NCBI GenBank assembly: GCA_034530875.2 | Contig: JAVRCJ020000040.1 | Span: 1 to 58,834, forward strand | DNA: 58,834 bases | Source: Nostoc sp. DedSLP01 | GTDB lineage: Bacteria > Cyanobacteriota > Cyanobacteriia > Cyanobacteriales > Nostocaceae | Direction of reading: 5' to 3' | Shown here: in pieces, positions 47,494 to 58,200 of the stretch | How positions within the stretch are numbered: the first letter of the stretch is position 1 | Layout of the letters: each line of letters opens with the position of its first letter | Position numbers and translations under genes: made by a program | The notes under the pieces: model-generated | What the model was told of the DNA's origin: nothing | The model's database searches: none | Seen by the model: only the letters and a program-made list of their open reading frames with translations

Positions 47494-48075
47494 TTAGTTG
47501 CGATCGATCAGTGTGTTTGAGGGCAAGCTCGGATCGAGTGCCTTACGCGCACTTTCAACGCCTACAACGGGTAACGTACTAGGATCGAGCAAGCCAAGTT
47601 GAACTAATACACTCGCCTGATCCCAGTAGATATGCTCGTGAGCTAGTTTGTTGTCAAAAAACTGAACGATCGCTACCATTGCCACTTCAACCGGTTTAAG
47701 AGTCGGAGCAATGCCAGGTAGCATCCAATCCATTCGGACGGTATGAGTGAACTTAAGCACCATTTCATCGACGAGCCGATCGGTTCCGATCGTCCGCGAA
47801 ATCAGGGTCAGCGCCGTGTCTGGCGGCATCTGTGAAATGAAGCATTTGGAATAAAACTCGCGCAGTGCTGGTTTCCCCACTCCCCCAGTCATCACCGGAA
47901 TGTCGTTCACGTAAGCATCCTCAACCATCGTGGCCAGGGTATCTTCAGTGTTGTGAGCCTCAAACTCATACCGCAGATGTTCTTCCCAGAGTTCTTGCAA
48001 AACCTGCTGGGCTGGTGTCAGGTTGGGAGTTGCCTGTAAAGAAGCTTGTTCGTTTATAGTTTGCTGTTTGTCCAT
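47494..48075 (-). CDS. SnoaL-like / ester cyclase family protein
   Basis: LWEEH...EF, PVMTGGVG, RTIG.DRLVDE, MDWMLPG, HEHIYWDQASVL. Confidence 0.85.
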   Translation of the reverse strand: MDKQQTINEQASLQATPNLTPAQQVLQELWEEHLRYEFEAHNTEDTLATMVEDAYVNDIPVMTGGVGKPALREFYSKCFISQMPPDTALTLISRTIGTDRLVDEMVLKFTHTVRMDWMLPGIAPTLKPVEVAMVAIVQFFDNKLAHEHIYWDQASVLVQLGLLDPSTLPVVGVESARKALDPSLPSNTLIDRN

Positions 48076-48169
48076 GATTGAATTCTCCTACTTGTTCAGA
48101 TACTCTTCTGACTCTAGAAACTCAAACTAAAACTAATTGAAGCGAATATTATTCTCTAAAGAGGATAGC

Positions 48170-49567
48170 CTACCAGCTTTGTACTGATTTTTGCGACACT
48201 TTCAATGGCAGGCTGTACTTGACTGCTCTAGCAATATCAAGCTGTAAAAGGTTACCCAATAGCACCCTCAGAGAAATTTTAGGGTGCATTAAGCTCTTTG
48301 GTGAAGCCATAAAGTTCGTCACCTGTAAAAATGCGATCGCCACCACTCGATCTCTTCGAGCAGCAACGTGTAACTTACTCATATACCAGTTGAGAAAGCG
48401 TACCATCGGGCTGCGCGTCGCTTGTATCTGGGGAATACGCAGATCGTTGTTCACAGCTATGCTCCAAGCGATGTCTACTACCTTACCCGCCTCTTTGAAG
48501 AAACGCGCCCGCAGATTTTGGCTACCTTGAGCAAGGCAATTTTGCAAAGCGAGGGACTCAAGGGCAGCAACCGTCATGCCTTGACCGTAGATAGGGTTAA
48601 AGCTGCAAATGGCATCGCCAAAAACCAAGTAATTTTCGGGAAAACGCGCCATTCCTTCATAATAGCGGCGCTGGCTGGTCGGAAACTTGTAGGGTAATAG
48701 TTCGCAGAGGGGTTCAGCATCTTTAATGACTTCGTAGATCTCCTGAGCAGGTAGAGACTTGGCGAATTCGAGGAAACCTTTTTCGTCACTGGGTACGCGA
48801 TCGCCCAGATAGGCACCGAGGGTAACAATCCAGAGATCGCCTTCTTGACCCAACATTACCCCATAGCGCCAGTTGGGGAGGCAGGGTGAGACGACTGTAG
48901 CTAGATCGCCTTGGAGGTGTTCTGGTCGGCGGCGATAGATGCGAGTCATATAGCCGATGTCCACACGTACCTGTTCCTCTTGGGGCTGTTCATAGCCGAG
49001 TTTTTCTAGCCAGACAGGGCTTTGGGATCTCCGCCCCGTCGCATCTACCACCAGATCGGCGTTTAGTGCTGACTCAAAACTCCCATCACGATGATGGATC
49101 GGGCTTACCCCGGCGATGCGAGTCCGATCGGGAGTCGTCAGCAACCCCAGTACATGACAATTCTCAATCACCTTGATATTCGGCAAAGACAACAGACGTT
49201 TGCGTACTTGAGCTTCAAGTAAGGGACGACTGACTAACAGCCCGTTTAGATCGCTTTGGCTTTTTTGGAAATACCCTCCATTAGCAAACCAACGTGTTTG
49301 TTGTAATGAATCCGTCGATAGTGCTCCCTGTGCCTTGAGTTCTTGTGTGATGCCAGGGAAAAACTGCTCAAGTACCTCTCGACCCCTCGATAATAGTGCG
49401 TGTGCGTGGCGATCCTGGGGTACTCCCTTGCGATTCTTGCCTGGGTCAGGGAAAATATCGCGCTCCAGCACTGTTACCTGCTGGTAATAATCTGCTAATG
49501 CCCTCGCTGCCAGCAGTCCGCCCATGCTTGCCCCAATGACAATTGCTTGTTGAGCGATCGTTTTCAT
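48170..49567 (-). CDS. FAD-dependent oxidoreductase/monooxygenase
   Basis: Rossmann AIVIGASMGGL, RKGVPQ..HAH, LVVDATGR, GDAICSFNPIYGQGM. Confidence 0.9.
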   Translation of the reverse strand: MKTIAQQAIVIGASMGGLLAARALADYYQQVTVLERDIFPDPGKNRKGVPQDRHAHALLSRGREVLEQFFPGITQELKAQGALSTDSLQQTRWFANGGYFQKSQSDLNGLLVSRPLLEAQVRKRLLSLPNIKVIENCHVLGLLTTPDRTRIAGVSPIHHRDGSFESALNADLVVDATGRRSQSPVWLEKLGYEQPQEEQVRVDIGYMTRIYRRRPEHLQGDLATVVSPCLPNWRYGVMLGQEGDLWIVTLGAYLGDRVPSDEKGFLEFAKSLPAQEIYEVIKDAEPLCELLPYKFPTSQRRYYEGMARFPENYLVFGDAICSFNPIYGQGMTVAALESLALQNCLAQGSQNLRARFFKEAGKVVDIAWSIAVNNDLRIPQIQATRSPMVRFLNWYMSKLHVAARRDRVVAIAFLQVTNFMASPKSLMHPKISLRVLLGNLLQLDIARAVKYSLPLKVSQKSVQSW

Positions 49568-49736
49568 AGTTTGTTCCTCCAGCTTTTCTAGATCGCGAAT
49601 GTGTTAATCATTACAAATATTTCCACTTACCTTTGACCTTGATGTAGGTTTTATCGACTCGCTATGAAATATTATTATTGGATATCATAATAACTATCCT
49701 CAGCAAGACATTAATTAGAGTCAAGGATCGAGGAAT

Positions 49737-50309
49737 TTAATGACTTGCAGCGACAATAGCTGCCTGCAATTGCTCGATGTTCCAGCGTCCGGAATACTGA
49801 ATTCTATTGATAAACAGGGCTGGGGCAGCCGTTACTCCACTTTGTAATCCACTTTCAATATCTTCATTGATGCGAGCAACATGCACTTGTCTGTACAGAT
49901 CTCGAACAAACTGAGTGACATCAAGCCCTAAATTATCAGCGTATTCCGCTAGATAGCCATCCCCCAGATCTTGCTGATGGGCGAACAAAATGTCATGCAT
50001 CTGCCAGAATTGTCCCTTTGCTGCCGCTGCTTCTGCTGCCGCTGCTGCCTTTTGAGCTTGAGGATGAATTCGAGGCTGAGGAAAATGCCTGTAGACAAAG
50101 CAGAGATCGTTTTGCTCGGATGTGTTAAGCCCTTCTTGCACTGTCTGAATTAAGGTATGAAGTTCTCCACATTGAGAGCATTGATAATCCCCATACTCAA
50201 CAAGCACAACTTTGGCATTCAGCGATCCTTGGTGACGATCTCGCTGGGATGGTGGTACAGCTAATTGATTGCGATCGCCAGTTGCTTGGGCAAAAATATT
50301 GTCACTCAT
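49737..50309 (-). CDS. DsbA-family thioredoxin-fold protein
   Basis: LVEYGDYQCSQC, FVYRHFP, GQFWQMHD. ATG at 50309 preceded by GAGG. Confidence 0.88.
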   Translation of the reverse strand: MSDNIFAQATGDRNQLAVPPSQRDRHQGSLNAKVVLVEYGDYQCSQCGELHTLIQTVQEGLNTSEQNDLCFVYRHFPQPRIHPQAQKAAAAAEAAAAKGQFWQMHDILFAHQQDLGDGYLAEYADNLGLDVTQFVRDLYRQVHVARINEDIESGLQSGVTAAPALFINRIQYSGRWNIEQLQAAIVAASH

Positions 50310-50478
50310 TCTCAACCTCGACGAACAAAGCATTCACTGTACAGGTGGCACTGTGAAATATTTTTTGTCAATCCTAACTAACATCTATATAACTTAATAT
50401 ATGGAGTCAGCTTGAAGCTGTCATCAATTCAGAGTTTATATTTTAAGTGACAAAAAGATCGCCGATGAGCGATCTAAA

Positions 50479-50532
50479 GTACTTAACTTCAACTGTACTT
50501 AAGTTCAGATTTATTTCAACTTAAGTTGGAAT
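50479..50532. repeat. 54-bp direct repeat copy 1 with ACTTAAGT palindromes (putative operator)
   Basis: 49/54 identical to 51512-51565. Confidence 0.85.
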
Positions 50533-50667
50533 CATAAGACGGTGGTGTTCTAAAACTGTTGGAAGAGGGCTTTGTTGCATGAATGCAACTTCAACAACCA
50601 AAGATTTCCATTTGAACACTGCGGTTTATTATTTTATCTAGAGCTTGCAAGCGAGGAAACTTACATA

Positions 50668-51450
50668 ATGACATCTCAGTCCGTTGATAATGTTGCTCAA
50701 AGGGAGAACCAGCTCCAAAATTGGAATAATTTTTGCCGCTATCATGTAGGCGACTGGTATGGTATCTGGACTAAATATTCGCCAGAAGGACACTCAATTG
50801 ACTCCTTCAAGTGTGTTCGCTCCTTCCATCTCAGTGAAGATAGTAGCCAGATAACTCAGCAAAATTACTACACTTATTCTGATGGAAAGACTGAACTACA
50901 AAGTCCAGGCCCTTATACTAGTGCAGGTATATCTTTTAACGGGCATCACTTTGTGGTTTTGTTTCTAGACAACAGCTTTTCCTGGGGATCTACAACGATC
51001 GCAAATGTGGATGCTCAGTTATTCTGTGAAACAGGGTTCACCTATGGAAACAGGAGGATGAGCCTCAGCGTTTTTTACAAAAAAAGCGGAGAATTGCAGC
51101 ATATAACAGCGATCTCTGAGCAATTAGACAGCTTTAATGAAGCGATTCCAGCTCCTAATGTGATTCAACCTGATGGCGTTTGGCAGGGGACTGTCAAACA
51201 GATAACCCCCGATTTAGTCACATCCTCTCCAGAGAAAATTGGATGGCAACCCTTGGAGAACGAATGTGGCAATAATCAGGTATTTCACTTTCCAGGAGGC
51301 TCGATTAGTTGTCCCTTGAGGATTGAAAGCAACACAGTCCTGGATCTGATTGTCGATTGGCAGGCGGCTCCAAACAAATTATTCCGTGGAATTCGCCACT
51401 TTGACAATTCCGAGTTGAGTCGCTTTTTGCTTCAAGTCTACGAATCCTAA
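50668..51450 (+). CDS. DUF3598-family hypothetical protein
   Basis: NWNNF..YHVGDW.GIWTKYSP.G...SF..VRSF, W.G....ITPDL, GGSISCP. ATG at 50668 after GAGG. Confidence 0.7.
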   Translation: MTSQSVDNVAQRENQLQNWNNFCRYHVGDWYGIWTKYSPEGHSIDSFKCVRSFHLSEDSSQITQQNYYTYSDGKTELQSPGPYTSAGISFNGHHFVVLFLDNSFSWGSTTIANVDAQLFCETGFTYGNRRMSLSVFYKKSGELQHITAISEQLDSFNEAIPAPNVIQPDGVWQGTVKQITPDLVTSSPEKIGWQPLENECGNNQVFHFPGGSISCPLRIESNTVLDLIVDWQAAPNKLFRGIRHFDNSELSRFLLQVYES

Positions 51451-51511
51451 TCAGATTCGGCGATCGCAGCACAAGTATAGGCAATAGCAATTAATAAAAC
51501 CTTTTTTGTTC

Positions 51512-51565
51512 GTACTTAACTTTAACTCTACTTAAGTTCAGAGCTATTCCAACTTAAGTTGGAAT
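51512..51565. repeat. 54-bp direct repeat copy 2 with ACTTAAGT palindromes (putative operator)
   Basis: Contains the perfect palindrome TTCCAACTTAAGTTGGAA and lies just downstream of the response regulator stop. Confidence 0.85.
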
Positions 51566-51572
51566 AATGAAA

Positions 51573-52196
51573 CTAAAGGCTAGCAATTCCTCGCTTTAAA
51601 GCGATAATGGTTGCCTGGGTGCGATCTTTAGCCCCTAACTTGCTTAAAATCCGGTTGATATTTGATTTGACCGTGCTTTCGCTAACATTCAAAGTAGTAC
51701 CAATCTCCAGGTTGCTCATCCCTTGTGCCACCAATTGAAGCACCTCTAACTCACGCTGGCTCAATTCTGGATGATTCATGCGCTGTACTAATTTGGCAGC
51801 AACATGTGGTGGAATATACTGCTGCCCCTCATGAACGGTACGAATAGCGGTTCGCAATTCGCAAGGTCTACAGTCCTTGAGCAGGTATCCCTTTGCCCCT
51901 GCCCGTAGCCCTTGATAAATATCCTCATCTCCGTCATAAGTCGTCAATACCATGATGCGGGCTGTTTTAAATTCCGCGCAAATCGTACTAATCGCTTCAA
52001 CGCCTCCCATTTGGGGCATTCGTAAGTCCATGAGGGTGACATCGGGTTGCGTTTGGCGGAATAACGCGATCGCCTCAATCCCGTCCTTGGCTTGACCCAC
52101 AACAGTCATATCGGATTCTTCATTGATGATGGCTGCTAATCCTTGCTGAACGATGGCATGGTCTTCAACAATCAGAACGCGAATGACTAGACTCAT
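51573..52196 (-). CDS. NarL/LuxR-family response regulator
   Basis: REC domain VEDH, MDLRMP, LTT, GYLLK. LuxR HTH LSQRELEVL...GMSN.EI...SESTVK...KLG. Confidence 0.95.
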   Translation of the reverse strand: MSLVIRVLIVEDHAIVQQGLAAIINEESDMTVVGQAKDGIEAIALFRQTQPDVTLMDLRMPQMGGVEAISTICAEFKTARIMVLTTYDGDEDIYQGLRAGAKGYLLKDCRPCELRTAIRTVHEGQQYIPPHVAAKLVQRMNHPELSQRELEVLQLVAQGMSNLEIGTTLNVSESTVKSNINRILSKLGAKDRTQATIIALKRGIASL

Positions 52197-52202
52197 GACA
52201 GC

Positions 52203-55200
52203 TTACTCCCGATTCAGTATGACAATAATTTCTGTGCCTTGACCAGGCTGACTGTTGACGATTAGTTCACCGCCAATACGCTCAGCCCGTTCGCTCATCC
52301 CCAATAAGCCAAATCCTTGATTCATGATTATTTGGTTAGTGTCAAATCCCTGCCCGTTGTCTTTTATTCGCAAACAGCACTGCATTTTCTCGTAAACTAA
52401 TTCAACTTGAATCTCTGTGGCATGGGCATATTTAATCGCATTGGTTAGGGCTTCTTGTCCAATGCGTAGTAGATTATTCTCTATATCAGGTGATGAAGAG
52501 TAGGCTGTACCGATGACTTCACAGGTAATATTGGTATCAGTAGAAGATTTCATTTGCGCGGTTAGGTGTTTGAGGGCACTAATTAAGTCTCCCTCTTCTA
52601 ACAGTTTTGGTCGCAGCGCCGCCACCGATCGCCGCGCTTCAGTCAGTCCAGTGCGGGCTAATTCATCCACCGTTTCCATGTGTGCCTGAGCCGTCTGTGG
52701 TTTCTTTGTCATTAGCTCTATCGCTGTGCCGTTATGCAGTACAATGCCTGTAAAGGCTTGCGCTAACGTATCGTGTATTTCCCGTGCCATCCGGTTGCGT
52801 TCCTCCAAAATCGAAGCTGACTCGGCACGTTTGCGATCGCTAATATCAGTAATCACACCTTCCATATATCCATCGGTTGCATTCAGATGAAAAGAGTTAA
52901 GCCCCCAAAACGATGTGCCGTCTCGTTTTCGCATCTGAATTTCAATGTTTTGCAGGTCACCATGACGCAGCAGCAATTCAACGACTTGTTGGCGATCGCT
53001 AAGATTTACATAAAAGTCTGGGGAATATACAATCCCAATTATCTCATCGGGTGAATTAAAGCCAAACAACTCTGCAATGCGTTGATTCGCATCGAGAGCT
53101 AATCCATCCGAAAGGCGCGATCGAAAGATGCCGACCTGTGAGTTTTCAAAGATGTTGCGGAACTTAGTTTCACTGCACTGTAGGGCTTTTTCTGCTTGTT
53201 TGCGCTGGGTGATGTCATTGCCAACCGATAAAATTTCAACTAAATCTCCCTGTTTATTCAACATTGCTTGATTCGACCAGGCAACCCAAACCCGTCTGCC
53301 GTCTCGACACAGGTTTTCATTCTCCATTTGCAAGTAAGAGGTAGAGTCGAGACGATTGTAAAATACATTGTGGATGAATTGTTTGAGATTGCGCCCAGAG
53401 GTTTCGATTTCTGGAACGATTGTTTCGAGTAAGGTACGCCCTAAAATCTGATGTTCCTCATAGCCAAAAAATCTCAGCCCGTAATCGTTCAGGTATTGAA
53501 TCCGTCCTTGTGCATCACAGCGAAGAATGATTGAGTTTGCGGTTTGAACTAAGTTGCGATAATTCGTTTCACTTTTCTGTAACGCTGCTGTTCGTTCGCC
53601 GACCTGTTGCTCTAAAGTCCGGTTATAGTCTGCTAGCAGTTTCTCTGCTTGTTTGCGCTCGGTAATGTCTTGAAAAGTGGCGATCGCATAGACTACATTG
53701 CCCCGTTCGTCATAAACTGGAGTTCCCCACACCTCGACTGGAATTTTGGCGTTGTTTTGGCAAATTTCTACGTCGTCAACCCTAGTGCGTTCGCCCTTCA
53801 ATGCCCGCACGATCGGCATTTTCTCAGTCGGATAGGGTTGCTCCGTTCCCGCTAAATAAATTTGATAAACTTCTGCAAGTCGATCCGATGTCACCTCAGG
53901 ATCAATTCCTTTACCCAATAGTTGAATTGCCCGTTGATTGGAGTAGTATGGGTGACCCACCGCATCTACAACTCCAATTCCCACTGGGACAGCTTCGAGA
54001 AATTGAGTCATCTTGCTTTCGCTAGCACGCAGCTTTGAGTAGAGTTTAGCATTTTCGATGGCGATCGCTGCCTGAGTCGATAATAAATGCAAAACTTGCG
54101 ATTGCTCTGGTGTAAATGCCCCAACTGCTAATTGATTTTCTAAATACAACACGCCAACCAGATCCGCTTGATTGAGTAGCGGCAAACAGAAAATAGATTT
54201 AGTTTGGTTGTGCTGAATGTATGGAGCGTTGATAAAACTACCTTCACGAGTTGCATCATTTAAGACAATAGTTTCATGAGTCCGAATTACATAATTAATA
54301 ATTGATTCAGGCAGGCAATTTATAATCGGAACCGATTGCAGCACCTGTGTAGTGTATACATTCTCGCCATCACTATCATTTAGTTGACCAGTCGCTTCAA
54401 TTACCCATTCTCCTGCGTTTTCCAAAATTAGAAATCCGGTTTGAGCGCCAGCGTTCTCAATTAATATCTGCATTAAGGAACGAAGCAACTGCTCTAATTC
54501 AATTTCACGAGAAATCGCCTGAGATGCTTTCATCACCGTTGCTAAATCTAAAGCGATGTTTGAGGTATTAGAGGTAGTTTTAGACATAGTGGGGGTTGAC
54601 GTGGGAGCTTCCCTATAAGACTGAGAAAAAAATTGCCCATAGCGATTTTCTAAGTCTTTAACTTTAGCTTTTGCACCCCAGCGATCGTAGCAATAGTGGG
54701 CTTCTTTTATGTATATTTGAGCAATTTTTGACCGACCTCGCGCCAGATAATGTTTAGCTGCTAACTCATAAGCTAATGCTTCTTCTTGGATAAACTCATT
54801 CTCAGCAGCACCCGCTATAGCTTGTTCGTAAAACTCTTCAGCCTCAAGAAATTGCCCTAAGACTCGCGCTTTCTCTGCCTCGACTAAATGAAATTTATGT
54901 ATATAATTCATTGGGGCATATTCTGCCCATTTTTTCATCTTTTCTTGGTTGGTACTAACACAACTGAGCCAAGCTTCTTTTTCAGCGATCGAAGCCTCAA
55001 CCAATAGGCTCAAAAGCACCAGTGAATCATAGAAATGAAATAAAGGTACAGGTATCATTGCTGTTACCTCTTCTAAATACTGCCTCGCTAAGACAGCAGT
55101 CTGTGCAGCTTGATGGTACTCTCCAAATAGATAACACAGTATAAGTTTGTTTAAATAGAAATAGTGAATTCCAGTTCCGTCTTTAGCTGCAATAGCGTGC

Positions 55201-58200
55201 GATAGAGCTTGCTCTTCATCATATACCCTACCAATTAAGCGGCTGGGGTTCTCAGACCTATCTAACAAATTAAGGATTGTCTGCCACAACAGTGCAATCC
55301 AATTAGAGGGGTTTTCTCGTCTGATTTGACCGATTGCTTTGCTGTAAGTTGCCGTTTTTTGTTCTAGTTGGGTGAGTTCCTCACCGATAAAAAACGAGTG
55401 ATAACATACATGATATGCAGCATAGCCAGCGTATTCAAATTCTCCGGTTTCCACTCCGTTCTGATAAGCATCAACCAGCGTTGGTATTGTTTTTCTAAGA
55501 TGCACTTTCCAGTGCATGACGTGGGCACTAAATCCCGTTAATGCTTTAGCATTCCCTTTTTTTGTACTCAATCGTTGTGCCAAGCTAAGAGCCAATTTGC
55601 CAAATTTATAACCGAGTTCAATGTCTTGAACAGTTCCACATAGAACAAATCCGTAGGCAGCATAACTCAGTGGTGACCAGGTAGCATTGCCGTAGCTGAT
55701 TGATAAATTTACCATCTTACACACAATCAGTATCATCAGTGCTGGTGACATCATATGTGCAGTAGCCGCAACATTTGCCATGATATACATTGCTGCCAGT
55801 GGTTCTGGTGCAGTCATCTCTGGTAGCTCGATTAAGTCTTCGATTTTTTGTTCAGCTAATAGGGAAGATGTTTCTTCCAATTCTTTTTGAACCTCTAACT
55901 GACTTGGAGTTTCTATTAAGGTTACTCCAAACAGCTTCAATACTTCCAGTCCAGTTTTAAGTGCTTCTTTTAGCTTGCCCTGTGACAAAAACGCTTGAAT
56001 TTTGCTATCGTAAACCTGCACTTTGTCGATGGCTGTCTTCGCATTGTTGAGTACCACTTCAACGAATTGTTCCATCTCATCAAAGCAACCATGCAAATAC
56101 GCTGCTTCTGCTGCTTGGGAGTACAGTGCTAAGGTCAGGTCATACTCACTCAGCCAACTATCTGTATCTAGGAGTTTAAGCCCTGTAGTGAAATACTTAA
56201 GAGCCGCTTCATAAGCTGTTGCTGCCTTGGCTTTTTGACCTACAATTAAATTCAAGAAAGCAATTTCAATTCGTTCTGCTCGTTCGGCGATCGGCTCATT
56301 TCCCCGATTGAGATGATCGACAATTTCAAACAGTCGCTCGGCTCGCTGCTCTTGTGAAGTTTTTTCGAGTAAATTTCGACCGATTTGAAGATGAACAACT
56401 TGTTTGTGTGACTCATCAATTAAGGCATAAGCAGCTTGTTGTACGCGATCGTGCAAAAACTTATAGTCTTGAACTAACAAGTTTTCGTCTAATTCAGATA
56501 TAGGTTGAATTAATCCAGCTTCGATAGCTGCTAGTAAATCTAGAGAAACTGCTTTAGGTGATTTTTCACAAACAATCGCTAAAGTTTCTAAATTAAATTC
56601 AGAGCCAAGACAAGCGGCTAAACTCAGAATTTGCCGTGTTTCTTTTGGCAGTTTATTCAACCCGATCAGCAGCAAATCCACCACATTATCAGCAATATCT
56701 TGGGCTTGAATCTGGGCAATGTCCCACTGCCAGCATAAGTGTTTCGCATCAAAAGAAAACAGATTTTCGCCATACAGCATTCGCAAAAATTCACCGACAA
56801 AGAAAGGATTGCCCTCGGTTTTACGTAACACTAATTGAGCTAGGGAACGAACGGTGTCAACGTTGCAATGTAGCGTCTCAGCAATCAATTGACTCAACGG
56901 TTCGGGGGTTAAGGGTGCTAAGATAATCTCCTGAAGTAGTGCCCCTTGTTTTCTCAGTTCTAAGAGCGTCAATGCCAATGGATGCGTTGGAGTCACTTCA
57001 TTATCTCGGTAGGCTCCAATCAAAAATAGATACTGGGTTTGCTCGTCGAGTAATATTAACTCGATTAACTTCAGAGTGGCGGAGTCGATCCACTGTAAAT
57101 CGTCTAAGAAGATGACCAGGGGATGTTCTTTTGAACAAAACACCCGCACAAACTTTTGAAAGACTGAATTGAAGCGATTTTGAGCTTGGGTTGCTCCAAC
57201 AGAGGGTACGGGTGGCTGTTTGCCAATAATTAACTCAACTTCAGGGATGACATCAACGATCGGTTGTCCATTGCTTCCCAATGCCGTAAGCAGACGATTG
57301 CGCCACTGTTGCACTTGCTCGTCTGGTTCCCCTAGTAGTTGCTGTACCAATTTTTGCAGGGCATTGGCGATCGCACTGTAGGGAACATTGCGCCCAAATT
57401 GGTCAAACTTACCCCAAATAAAATAGCCGTGCTTTGCCGTGATGGGTTTATAGAGTTCTTGCACCAATGCTGATTTGCCTACTCCCGCATAACCAGAAAC
57501 CAACATCATTTCGACGTTGAATTGAGCATTTTCTCGCTCTTTGCTTGCGGCTACTCTGTCAAATGCCGCTAATAATGCGCCAATTTCTGCTTCTCGTCCG
57601 TACAGTTTTTGGGAAATTTGAAATTGCTGGGAAATATCTTGAAAACCTAATTGGATGTAGTCAATTTGGCCAATTTCTACTAATTGCTGGGTGCAGTATT
57701 CTAAATCTGCTTTGATGCCCCAGGCACTCTGATAGCGATCTTCCGCATTTTTCGCCATTAGTTTCAAAATTATGTCGGAAACAGGCTTGGGAATCTTTGA
57801 ATTGATTTCGTGCGGTGGAACAGGTGTTTTGGCAATATGGCAATGAACTAGTTCTAGGATATCGCTGGTGGGAAACGGCAACTGTCCGGTCAAAAGTTCG
57901 TAAAATGTTGCACCTAGCGAGTAAAAATCGCTGCGGTAGTCGAGCATCCGGTTCATGCGTCCGGTTTGTTCTGGAGATAAATAGGCAGGGGTTCCTTCTA
58001 GAAGATGAAGACTTTTAAATGTTGGATTGGTGCGGCTGAATCGAGTTGCAATCCCAAAATCAATCATTTTAACAACGCCAGTATTTGGATTCAGGACGAT
58101 GTTGCTAGGATTGATATCTTTATGAATAATGTTAGCAGCATGGATTCTGCCCAGAATCTCTGTAATGGCGATCGCCAGTCCAAGAAAATTCGATAAGCGT

